Shown in pieces: positions 51,898 to 64,000 of a stretch of 64,000 bases of DNA (the stretch's first letter is position 1; each line of letters opens with the position of its first letter). The notes below the pieces were generated by a model. The model had not been told where the DNA came from. It searched no databases and saw nothing but the letters and a program-made list of their open reading frames with translations. The DNA lies in the NCBI RefSeq assembly GCF_036321535.1, contig NC_087436.1, positions 91,080,001 through 91,144,000 on the forward strand, written 5' to 3'. The position numbers were made by a program, and so were the translations under genes. The DNA comes from Camelus dromedarius (taxonomy: Eukaryota).

Positions 51898-53154
51898 TAA
51901 CTCTATTAATCTTGTCCTCTCGCCCCCGCCCAGCTCTTGGAGCTGTTGGGCTCCTTTCTACTATAGCGAAGGAGGGCGGCGAAGAGACGCAAGCAAGAGG
52001 CTGGGGGAAGAGGTCCTCCTCCTCGCTGACTCCGCAGGACTCCTGGGGGTCAACTTTTATGGGCCCCAGTGGTGTCCCTCCAGAGGGCAGGTTGGCATCA
52101 GGTATCGCCGCGCACCACCAGGATTGCCTCCTGGTGGTGCGGGTTGGCGCAGGAGCATCCAGTTACGGGTAGTTTCGGAAGAGGGTAACCAGAGAACTGG
52201 CGACTGTGCCTCCAAAGCCCCTCCCGGGGCCGTGAGAACTGCTTGTGGGAAAGAGGTCTCCATCGACCCATAGAAACCTCCAGTTTCTCCTGTGCCAGTT
52301 GTCACCTGTAACTGATAGGCGTTTTGGACTGCAGAAGGTGGAGGGAACTAGAGACTGGTTGTCTGAGTGCTGCTGTCCGAGTTGGAGATTAGGAAGGGAT
52401 ATGGTGTGTGTTTGTGCGCGCGCGCGTGCGTATGTATCTGTGTGTGCGTGTGTGATTGTGTTTCCTTTCTGGGCATCTCAAGTGTGGAAGGTGGATGGAG
52501 TTCACTTCCCCGGGGGAATGAATGCAGTGATTTTATGAAATGAGAACGAGGGAGAGGATTTGGAAAGCACCTGGCATGATGCTTTTGTAGTGCGCTTCAG
52601 GAGGGGGGCTTGTGGATCAAGTACAAGAACTCCACGGAACATCACTAGGGCTTGGAGGATGGGGAACCCGGACAGGCACAGTTCTCAGTGATGTTTATAA
52701 ATGGGGAGGGCCACAACTCGAAAGCTATTTGCACAAATGAAAAGCCATCTGGGATGGCTGCAGGAACATAATTTGGCAAACGTTTTTCTTTGTCAAGACA
52801 CGAGATTTTAAACTTGCCTGTAGTGTTAGAGAGCTCAGTATTGACAGCCTATGATACAAATAAGCCCAGATTTAATTGTATTTCTTTGGTAATTCAGTCA
52901 CTGTTTGGGATCCAGGCAATTTGTTTGCACTTTATTTTGACTAGGGAAGTGCAAAGGACCTCTCTGCACAGATCCAAGCTTGATTGGAAGTTGCCCATCG
53001 TTCATATATTCTAGTAACCTTGGAGGTAGGGTGACAAAACACAGCACACTTGGATTGTCTTTTTTAATAGTGCTAGATTTCCTGAGAAAACCATTTCAAC
53101 AGAGAAGCAAAGAAAGGGTCCATTGAAGTGGTAGATATAAATCTAACTGTCTTA

Positions 53155-53503
53155 GAGAAAGACAAATATTATATGGTATCACTTATATGTGGAATCTAAA
53201 AAATAATACAAATTAATTTACATACAAAACAGAAACAGACTGAATAGACATAGAAAACAGCCTTATGATCACCAAAAGGGAAAGGCAGGCAGGGAGGGAC
53301 ACATTAAGAGTATAGGATTAACAGATACAAACTACTATACATAAGATAGGATAAAAGAATTTATTTTATAGCACAATATCTTGTATATACAGTATCTTGT
53401 AATAACCTATAAGGCAAAGTAATCTGAAAAACATATATGTATACATAACTGAATCGCTTTGCTGAAACTAACACAATATTGTAAATCAACTACATTTCAA
53501 TAA
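53155..53503 (+). mobile_element. L1 3' UTR fragment in KCTD8 intron 1 (sense)
   Basis: Same family as 10860-11220; 16-bp TSD aaatctaactgtctta (53139-53154) / aaatctaattgcctta (53504-53519), 2 mismatches. Confidence 0.9.
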
Positions 53504-54714
53504 AAATCTAATTGCCTTAATTATATGAAAGTATTTGTTACACAGTAAAAGGATCAATAGTCAAATCGATAGTCAGAAAAGCCACCTAAAGGAAAGAACC
53601 TTTATTAACACTTTAGATCTTAAACATTTATGTCATTTTAACATGGATATATTTCCAGGCATTTCAGAAGATGAGATGAAATGAACTTTTGACTTTTTTG
53701 TGTAGTTAGTGATTTTTGTCAGAGAAGATATAAGCATAAGTGTTCTGCAGTTAAGGTTCTTGCATTTGGAGTCTTTCATAGTTTTGGTCTTTCTTTGTCC
53801 CCTAGAAACTTGTCGACTTGAAAATGTTCATTACTTTGATTATAAAGAGATAAGACAAATTGTCTCTAAATTATGAAAAAATGCTCATAAGGTAGTATAC
53901 TCAAGTTGGAAACTCAGCTAATTTAACTCATAAGATAATTTGAGAGCTATTTGAAATCCAGGATATTTCACTTGTGGAACTAGAACTGTAAACAAAATAA
54001 AATATTTATATTATGAATAACCACTTGCTACTCACGTAACTAATGAGCTCTGAAATTCATTCATAAAAGTCCCAGAAATTTAAGGGAGCAACTCATAGCC
54101 ATCTTCACTGATTATCCTGTGTGGTTCTTTTGAAGTGGTATTCCAGTCAACGACCAACCAAACGTAGTTGCCATCTTCCATTTGTGATATAAAGTTTACT
54201 TTGAACACTGTTATGCATACATTTATTTTATGTTTTGTATAGCTTGCAGCATATTTTCACAAATTATTTCGGATGGGATTCCTTTTAATTTTGGCAAATG
54301 AAAATGCACTATAAAATATTTGTATTCCCAGCCAATTTAGTGTAGGTGATAATGTTTAGTATACAGAGTGTAATTATCTTGTTTGGCAGTCTCTATTTAA
54401 AAAGACTATCGATATTATTGATAAAAACAAAATTATTGGATGAACTTGTTTGTCCGCTGATTTAGATACAGAGAAGGACTTATTATCTTTTATTTCCCTG
54501 TTGACGCAGTTCTTTCAACAAATATTTAATGTATAAAATGGATTAGTTATGTTAACATCTTTTACAGTTCAGGCTACATGTATCCTTAGTAGTTTGAAAC
54601 TGCTCTGAAAACTATAGAATTGGAATTTATATACTTAAACATCAATTTCAGCTCCTCACTCTTCCCCCCTCCCCTTCTTTGCCACTGAATTTCTATATAG
54701 ATGGGAGGAGAGTG

Positions 54715-54910
54715 GCAAATGGTTGAGTAATACCAGACACTGCTATTTGTCAAATGTGTGATCTTGGTTAAATTATTTACTTGTTCTGTGTTTCAGTTTC
54801 CTCACCCGTGCAATGGAGGTTATTTAGTACAAATTTTTTAGAATTTGATAATACATGTAAAGTGCTAAGACCAGTGCTTAACCTATAACAAAAGCTTAAA
54901 AAATGTTAAC
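54715..54910 (+). mobile_element. MIR SINE
   Basis: tgtgtgatcttgg...ctgtgtttcagtttcctcacc...catgtaaagtgctaagaccagtgc. Confidence 0.7.
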
Positions 54911-56204
54911 TGTTAAAATTGTTAAGTAATAAAGACTATTTTTCTTGTCAGCATTACATTTAAATTTTGTTTTCTAGTAAGTATAGTTGATTTGGTTGTA
55001 AAGTTAATTTGAAAATATTTTGCAATTAAATGATTACATAATAAACTTTCAGAAGTTTGAAACAACCAATTTAATAACCAAATTCTTTCCCCAAACTTGT
55101 ATTTTTCAGTCACCCGGGTTTGCCAGTCACACTCTAGTCAATTCTTTTGGATTGACTCCAACAGAACCTTTTTCTAATCTAGGGCCAAGAAGTGTTTTAA
55201 TCCTCTCCATTAGGACATGAAACTGTGGCAGTTTTCTGACAAACACTGAGCTAGATTCAGATTTCCTTAAGTGCTTGTATCCAAATTGGGTTCTAACACT
55301 GAAGGTTATATGCAGGCTATTAACGATTTCATACCAGCTCCATTTGGCTACATGGATGTATGTATCTATTATCAGTCATAACTCATTGTTTTATCAAGAG
55401 TTTTAGACTCTGCAACATATACTAGTACTAGTAAGTTCCGTGTTACTCTTCTAATCCTGAAGATGGATTATCCTTTCTTGAAGGAAAACAGAGTGATTTA
55501 TTGTGCTTTCTGGTTTTTTTTTTTTTTTTTTTTTTTTTTGTGGGGTGTCTGTGAAGTGCAATTGTGGCTGTTTTTAGCAATATCTAGGAGACAAGAAGGG
55601 CATTTTATGTTGGCATTATATTACATAGACAGTAGATATCTGCTTGGAATGTGACACGTACACTACCCATAATTAAAATGGGCATTTATATATATATATA
55701 TATTTCTCATAATCTGTGTTCACAGAAAACTAGTACTGATTCATTGCTCCTTTTATAGTGCTTTGAGTTTTGCATTCTATGTGTTGCTTGAATAATATGT
55801 AGTGTGAAAGTATGCATTTCTCCAGGACACACTTGATATTCCTTAAATTGGTGTATCCTTTTTTGTTGTGATGTATGAGAGTGCCAGATCTAGGAATTAA
55901 TACTATTACTGAACTGGGCTGTGAATTCTACTTTGTCTTAATGGATTTTTATATCCACTCTTTCAGATTTATTCTGATTTATTTCACCGTGTTGGGTTGG
56001 AGAAAGCTAGTTGAGTTGAAAACTTTCAGAAAACTATTTCAGTCCTATGTTAGCAGGCCTGTTGCATTAAAAACTTCCTAAGAAGCATCTTTAAAACGAT
56101 CATTCTATTTAGATGCATGTCTTTAAAATGATATATTGTTTTCTAGTCTAAAAATACTTCTACTTTTATCACCAAACACTGATTTATGGAAAAGAACCTT
56201 GGTT

Positions 56205-56236
<32 letters not shown>

Positions 56237-57289
56237 TTGACTCTTATCCTCCTGGAGACTTGCTAGTTATTTTTATAATTATCATGGGGAAATTTCTTCT
56301 GCAAACACATAGCTGAATAACGTTTGAATCAACAGGGAGTAGACAACTTTCTAAAACACTGGGATTCTTATTTCATGCAAATAATTGCAATAATAATGCA
56401 AACAAAATGACAAAAACCTTGGAGGCCAAATGTTTGGAGGCTACGCCATGGCATTGGTTGCTGTTCAAGGGCATTAAACTTTTATACCTGGCCTAGTACT
56501 GTCTCTAAACTTGATCTTTTAAATAGTGTCAGGGCTGTATCTTTCCCTGACAGCCTTTCTACAGCTTCATGTGGTCAATCCTTAAGCACATAATGAAGCT
56601 AAAAGACTGAATGGCACTACAAGTTTTATTTGGCGAAGTTCTTTCTCTTTTGTAGCTTAGACTGCTAGAACTCACAATGTGTGTGCATGTGTGTGTGTGA
56701 GTGTGGGAGTATGCCTTACTTAAAAAGAAAAAGAAATCTCTTTGGGAAGAAAGATGTATAATATTTACAAAATTAGCACTAATGATTGTCTATCCTATTG
56801 ATATGTTATTGGGTCAGATAGTTTAAAATGTGAAAATGATTGTCAACTTGTCATTCAGAAGCCACCCTTTTTGATAATGAAGCTAATATATGCAGTTTTA
56901 GGAATTTTATAAGAAAAATGTGAAATTAAAGGAATATCATCACCAGTAACTGCTAATAAAATCTTGACTCATTTCCTCCTAATCTTTGTTCTAAGCATAT
57001 GAAGATGACAAGCATACTTTTTTAGCATTATGGTGATACTATGTCGATGGTCTGCATGTCATCTTTGTTGTGTTTTGTTGTATACATTTAAAGCAGTTAT
57101 ACATTTAGTCACATTTTCCCCAAGACATTGAATTTTTTATTGACATCTTAAAGTATAATACATGACTTGCCACAGATGTTATTGTAAGTAAATATTGCTG
57201 TTGAACTTTCTCCCTGCAAGCTTAGAAAAGAGTGATTTTTTTTTCAAAATATAGTATGTGTAATAAAAAAAAAAACATTTACTACGTAC

Positions 57290-57482
57290 CTAATTTTGTG
57301 ATAAATGTTTTATAGCATTGCTTTGTTTACTTCTCTAGCATTCCTTTAGCTTAGCATTAGTTCCCTGCTACTTTAGTTAGAAAACTCTGATTTGGAGAGG
57401 TTAGGCAACATCCTCAGGTCACAGAGCTGGTATGGGGCTGAGCTGGAATTTGAATAGTTCTGTCTTATTCCCAAGCCCTTAC
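57290..57482 (-). mobile_element. MIR fragment
   Basis: gagaggttaggcaacatcctcaggtcacagagctgg...gagctggaatttgaa. Confidence 0.6.
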
Positions 57483-57657
57483 TCTGAAATATTTAAAAAT
57501 AATGCCTGTTTCATACAATCAATTTGCAAATATACTTCAGTGTCTACTGAAGTACTTTACTTAGCTCTACAAGCAAAAATTGGTGGTGTGAGCTGTATAT
57601 GAATGAACTTAATATTTCTTAATCTATGTTAAATTTCCATAAGAATATAGTAAATGA

Positions 57658-57860
57658 AGCTGATCCTTGAACAACCTGGGCTTGAACTGCGAGGGTCCAC
57701 CTATAAGCAGATTTTTTTTCCCAGATAATATGTATTGCGGTTGGTTGAATCAGAAGTTGCAGAACCTCCAATACAAAGGCCAACTATAAAGTTATAACCA
57801 GATTTTCCATGGAGCAGAGGTCAGTGGCCCCTAACCCCCACCTTGTTGTAGAGTCAGCTG
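57658..57860. mobile_element. Internally deleted Tigger1-type element
   Basis: agctgatccttgaacaac...gaactgcgagggtccac ... cccctaacccccaccttgttg...gtcagctg (imperfect TIRs). Confidence 0.7.
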
Positions 57861-58974
57861 TGTATGTTTGGTGTCTTTACTTGATGAAAGAGTTAACTTT
57901 CATTGACTAAGGCTGCTATGTTCATGGGTATTTTTAAAATTAAAGAAAATAAAATCATTTGATTCAATTTATTTTTCTTTTAGGGGAACAAGAAATATCT
58001 ATAGGTTTGATAGACTGACAAAGTTAAACAGTGCTAAGCTAGTCTTCTGTGGAAAGTTCATTTTACCCCGTGTAATAGAACACATTTTTATATGTTCTTA
58101 GAAGGTGACAAAATGAAGAGGGGGTTTTAGCTGAAATCAATTTTGTTAATTATATATAGTCTATTGGTCCTAAATCTTGGTTAATGCTTTTAAATTATAT
58201 ACTTGCTATAATTAGGCTGAAAAAGTATCAAATACCTTCTTAGTATTGGGATTAGCTTTTGCTGTTTTTAAAGCCTTGGAGTGTTGTGGAAGTACATCTA
58301 TAAATTTGAAGAACTTGGAAAGTAATGTTTTAGGTAACCCTTCAATCTATGTTTAATTACGGATATTATTTTTAAAGCCTCTTTTGAATTAACTGCAGGG
58401 TATTGTCAGCTCTGAGCAGCCACAATCCTGCAAGACAGGGCTGGTGGCTTCTTTAATGGAGTTCATTCTTTTAGTTGTGGGAGGCTACACCAAAAGAGAT
58501 TTTTAAGGACTTACCTAAAGATGAGACTAACTTTATTTACAGGATTTCAAAGTCACTCCGATAGGTGAGTTAACTCCTTTATAAGTTCTCAGGGTAACAG
58601 ACCTCCAGCTGCAGACTTGAATCTAGGTGCCCTGTGCCTTCGGTCTGAACACTTCTCGTCATTCATTTTTGCGAGAGTTTCATGAAACCTAATTATCCTG
58701 TAAGTTTAGTTGTATTTTGTACTTTATGAAGTGTTTTATTCTGAGCTTACACTGCTTACAAGTTTATTTCTTAATTCACTGGTTTTTTAATGTGCCCACT
58801 GGGATCATAGTCATGTCATACTGACCTCTTGCTGTCGAATCCTCTGCATTTAACCTCCGCACTTACCTGTCTCTTCAGAGCACACTATGCATAGGGCCCT
58901 CATTGCATTTCCTACAATATGTAACTGAATCTCTTCTTTTTTTTCTGTCTTGTTATATCCCTATTTTTTCCCCT

Positions 58975-59670
58975 AGCTTTATTGAGAAATAATTGACATA
59001 TAACATTTTGTAAGTTAACGATGTGTTGATTTGATACACTTATATATTGCAATTTGATTACCACTGTAGTGTTAGCTAACACTTCCATTTCTCACATAAT
59101 TACAATGTCTTTTTTCCGTGGTGAGAACATTTAAGATCTACTCTTTAAGCAACTTTCAAGTACAGTGTAGTGCAGTATAGTACCATGTTTTAAACTGTAA
59201 TCACAATGCTGTGGGTTAGATCCCCAGAACTATTCATATGGAAGTTTGTACCCTTTGACCAGCATCTCCTCCTTTCCTCCGCCCCTCTTCAGCCCCTGGT
59301 AACTACCATTCTACTCTGTTTCTATGAGCTTGGTGTTTTTGGATTCCACATATAAATTATATTATATAGTATTTGTCTTGTTCTGTCTGACTTTTTTTCT
59401 TTCTACCTAGCATAATGCCTCAAGGTCCATCTGTCTTCTTGCAAACGGCAGGATTTTCTTCTTCATTATGACTGAATAATAGTCCATTGTATGTATACAC
59501 TGCACCCTCTTTAGTCATTCATTTGTTGAGGGGGCACTTAGGTTGTTTCTTTTTCTTGGCTATTGTGTATAATGCTGCAATAAACATGGAGTGCAGATGT
59601 CATTTAGATGTCCTTGTCTTTGTTTCCTTTAGGTGTATATCCAGAGTGGGATTGCTGGATCGTAGAACTA
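58975..59670 (-). mobile_element. L1 3' end (L1MA-like)
   Basis: agctttattgagaaataattgacata...ggtgagaacatttaagatctactct...gggattgctggatc. Confidence 0.88.
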
Positions 59671-61114
59671 TCTCTTTTCATGTTGGCTTTCCACACTGGC
59701 CTACTTTTTCCCTGAGAGTTGGCACCAAGTCTCACTTTTGTATTCTCAGTCCCCAGTGCAGTGGCTAGTACCACATTAAGAACTCAGTAAATATTTCTTT
59801 ATTTTGAAGGAAAGTGCAGATTAACAAGTGAACCAGAGATATTGGAGTTTCTATCAAAATAGTTGCTGAATTGAGATTTATTTTTACTTCAATTTAAATT
59901 GCACCTATTGAACCTATTCTTGGGCTATAGCTTTGTACAAGACATGCAAGTGTGAATGAAAAGAGACCCTACATTTAAGGTGATCACAGTAAGCTTTATA
60001 TAATAGTGAGTTATGTTAGAGAGGCATTACTTGGCGTGTTAACAAGAGGCAGAGTAATGACATGAGATGATGTTGAACGGACATCTATATAAAGAATGAA
60101 AATCAGTGAAATGTTAACTAAAATGTGAGACAGATTAAAATAATGTTATACGTGAAGTTGTTATGATTATAAACATACACACAGAGATGCACACACAGAC
60201 ACACACGATTATGTATTTGTACTTAAATGAGTGGTAGGATAGAAATTATAAGGGAACAAAGAATTAGGTGACTTTTTTTTTTTTTAACGGATGAAAGATG
60301 TTATACCCTCAGCTGCAGCCTACCCACGACCACATTGTTGAGTACTTGCCTTTCAAAAATCTTACAATGTGAAGTGCCTGCTGCCACCAGATGTGATCAG
60401 GCCCTATTGTGGTGTAATGTGAGTTCAGGAAGTATTTGTTTATGCTAGTAGGTGTCTGCAGAGGTGAGGATCCAGTAAACTCTATATTGTTATCTCTACT
60501 CAGTTTTTAAAAGATATCTTGAAAAACCGTTGAGGTATTGCTATTTTATGATTAATATTACAGTATTAGTTTTACTTCTTAACCTTGTGTCAGGGTAGTT
60601 AATGAAAGCAAATCAACTTTTCTGGCACTAACCACACATAGCTGTATGATACCTAACAGGGTGCCTGTTAGTTCAGTGTTTATTCACCTGTTTAACTTAG
60701 TTCAATGTTCGTTCAGCAGTTAAATTTGGAACGTTATATTTACCTACCGTACCCATTCTCCTATTAAATCCTACTTATATACTGGGGAAAAGAGTTGAAT
60801 GCAACAAAAGAATAAAATAAATATATAGTGTTGATTTCAGGTCACCAGAATAGTGAGTGATTCAACCATTCAGTTGTGTTACTTCCGTTTCTTGCACTAG
60901 TTAATAACAAAACCCTTGGGCATAGATAGAATCCAATCCATAATATATTGCCATTTCTCTTCACCTTGTATTAATAGACATGTTCTCTAATTTCTGGTAC
61001 AAGGAAACTAGGGAGAGGAGTACTGTGTTTAGAAAGAGATGAAACCAAAATCTCCTGGTCCTCACTCCTAACAAGCAAAGAGCTTACACACTTTGAATGG
61101 TTTTATACTTTTTA

Positions 61115-61320
61115 GTCAGATTCCTTGACAAATTCCAGCTCTAGCTTTGAGACCTTGGAAAAATAATTTAATCTCCTTGAAGGGAAAGTGAGGGAAACAA
61201 TAATATTCATCTCATAGTTTTATTATGAGGATTAAATGAATTAATCCATGTAAAACACTCAGAAGACTATCAAACAGGTACAAATTAAATGCTCAATATA
61301 TGTCAACTAGTGTCATTTAT
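61115..61320 (+). mobile_element. MIR SINE
   Basis: tgagaccttgg...tatgaggattaaatgaattaatccatgtaaaacactcagaa. Confidence 0.65.
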
Positions 61321-61821
61321 TAACTTAAGATCCTCCAAATACAGCTCTATTTAATTCCATTTCTCTCCATTATTAATTCATAGTACCGAAATTCTTCTTT
61401 TTGAGGAAATTGATAGTAATACCTATTCAGAATTGCTCTGAAAATGTCCCGTTATCATTAGTGAAATTAAAAAAAAAATATTGACCTTCTAAGTATAAAG
61501 TTAATTGTAACATTATTAAAATAAGTTTATTCTAGTTTGTTCTTTATTGTTTAGGGGAAAAATTCTTCCTTCCATGTCTCATGCTCTACCTTGGTCAATT
61601 TTGACACAATTAACAGTAATACTAGTATTCAGTGGTTTTTTTTTTTCAAACTATGGGGTGAATTTAGGCAGAGCACCTCTTAATCACATTTTATATCTGT
61701 ATTTCTGATCAAAGCTTTTAGCTTTAATTTTCAGCAGTTTTATGCAAGAGAACAAATTGTCGCAGGGCCGGGGGCTCGAACATTGCTTAGAGTTTGGGCA
61801 TTTGGCCAAGTTTCAGGCTAG

Positions 61822-61863
61822 ATTCAAATACAGATCTCTATAATTCAAATACAGATCTCTATA
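61822..61863. repeat. Perfect 21-bp tandem duplication
   Basis: attcaaatacagatctctata x2. Confidence 0.95.
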
Positions 61864-62274
61864 ATTTTAGGAAAGCTGTTAGTTTTCGACTCAATCAGCT
61901 CCTTTTGAAAGCACTGTACACATTTTGAATATAAGGTTTCTAGTTACTAGAAATCCAGATATTTGAAGAAAGCACGGAGCTCTAAGGGAGATGCTGGCAG
62001 CCATTCAGAAGTAATTCTCCAATGTTTTGACCTCTTTTCCTTTGGTTGGCGGAAGCTGCATTTCTTTGCAGGTGGAGGGTAAGGACTCATTCATATAATT
62101 CTAAAGTGACTTCTGTTTTTGATACGGAGAAGTTGCTACAGTGACAACTTACTTTATAGTGAGTCACAGGAGGAAGTAGGTGTGGTGATTAGAAATTATT
62201 GGTGTAATCTTATACAGTGATTTTTGGGATGAGTCCTTTATTTGGCTCTTATTATTTTTTTTATTGCATTAAAA

Positions 62275-62495
62275 ATTTTGTTTTTATTGAAGTGTAGTTT
62301 ACAATGTTAGTTTCAAGTGTACAACAAAGTGATTCAGTTATACATGTACATACATACTTATATCTTTCAGATTCTTTTCCATTATATGTTATTACAAGAA
62401 ATTGAATATAGCTTCCTGTGCTATGCAGTAGGTCCTTGTTGTTTATCTGTTTTATATATAGTAATGTGTATCTGTTAATCCCAAACCCCTAATGT
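62275..62495 (-). mobile_element. L1 extreme 3' end
   Basis: tttattgaagtgtag...tttcagattcttttccattata...; same family as 6186-6862. Confidence 0.85.
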
Positions 62496-63491
62496 AAATT
62501 CCTAAATTAAGGATGGGTCTTTCTGATGTTGATCCTGACTTAGAATAAAAAAGAAAGATTTGGCAGTAGAAGTCTTTGGGCTGTAGTCTTAACCTTCATT
62601 AGTATGCAGATTTGTTTTATTTTGTGCTAACTTCACTTTACTGGGCTTCATTTTTCATGTAGAAAATGGTGGAAATTGTTCTTTTTTATCTTACCTCTAT
62701 GAACTTTTACATATTACTCTATAACTAATATGTTTAAAGTAATCTGTGATGAGTAAAAATAGGATATTTGTTCTTATTTTAGTGTGTTGGACTGTCATTT
62801 CTTAAAGAGAATGTGTTAGTATATCGATATTAATGAAACATTTGTTGAGGTTTCCTGTTCTCCACGAAGAAATTCTAAAGTCAAAATTAGAGACTTTTCC
62901 CGGTTACCTTTGAGAAGTATTCTATAATTAAGATTAAGTTTGAATTTGAAATGGCTATGAGGTACTCCTTTTCATTTCAGTCAAGCAGACCTGTGATGGG
63001 TTGATTTAGCCTGTTTCACGGACAGTGGCAATAAAAAGATATATATTTGCTTTGTAGCAAGGAGATTTGGAACTTGTAAATGATTGTTCATGTTGCTGGT
63101 AAATGGAGCCATGAATAAATAAGTTAGGAAGTCCAGCATTGAAGTTTCTGTAGCTTTGTGTAATCATTTGCATTTCTTCTGCTGGACTGATGTGTTTCTA
63201 AGGCATGCAAGAACTATCAGAATATTTCACTTTTTACTTTCTGTGTTAGCGTGTTTGGATTGTAAAGCAAACTTAGTGGTTATTTCAAGCTGTCTGCTTT
63301 ATAGCTGACACTATCAAGCCATATTTATCATTATTGTAATTTGGTACTTAGCATTCATACTGTGAAGCTCTGTAATATCCAGTATTTTGTAAAACTAAAA
63401 AAAAAAAGGGATAACAGAATTACCTCACAGTTTTAGTACAAGCACCAGATCCTAGAGACTAATGGCTATAATTTATGTTAAAGTATATGCA

Positions 63492-63975
63492 GTATTTTAT
63501 GGGTTAAATTGTGCCCCCTGCCCCTTTCCAGCCCAAAGGTATGTTGATGCCCTAACCTCTAGCACCTCAGAATCTGACTGTATATGGAAACAGGGTCTTT
63601 ACAGAGGTGATCAATTTAGAATGAGATCATTAGGGTGGGCCTAATCCAGTGTGACTGGTGTCCTTATAAAAAGGAGAAATTTTGGACATGGAGATAACAG
63701 ATGTGCACTCACACTGGGAGATCACCATGTGAGCACGAAGGTGGAGCTCACGCTGACACATCTACAGGCAAAGGAATGCTCCGGATCGTCAGCAAACCCA
63801 CAGATGCAAGGAGAGGAGCATGGAATGGATTCTTCCTCACATCCCTCAGGGAGAACTAAACCTTCCAACACCTTGATCTCCGACATCTAGCTTCCAGAAC
63901 AGTGAGATAATACACTTCTGTTGTTTAAGCCATCCGGTATGTGGTACTTTGTTATGGCAGCCCCAGCAAAGTGCT
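63492..63975 (+). mobile_element. MLT1B/C-like MaLR LTR
   Basis: cacctcagaatctgactg...gactggtgtccttataaaa...ccagaacagtgagataat...tgtggtactttgttatggcagcc. Confidence 0.85.
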
Positions 63976-64000
63976 GCAGTCATTTCAAACTCTAGTAACA

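Overview
Mammalian genomic DNA, AT-rich and repeat-rich, most likely camelid (a tRNA-derived SINE resembling the camelid Vic-1 family, plus artiodactyl-type L1 3' UTRs). The only intact protein-coding feature is exon 1 of KCTD8 (GABA-B receptor auxiliary subunit; BTB/T1 + H1 domains), CDS 50749-51700 on +, in a CpG island with a perfect CRE; the rest of the window is intron 1. The upstream ~50 kb is not simply intergenic. The minus strand carries a chain of at least 12 exon-like segments (about 46.2 kb to 22.4 kb) with good splice signals, compatible reading phases and scattered stop codons. Their translation has repeated RGS-domain-like motifs, which suggests a decayed multi-RGS gene (unitary pseudogene) head-to-head with, and possibly overlapping, KCTD8. 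A weaker set of plus-strand exon-like segments, including an anciently duplicated pair, lies at about 2-17 kb. Family assignments and repeat names come from manual pattern recognition, not database searches; repeat boundaries are approximate.
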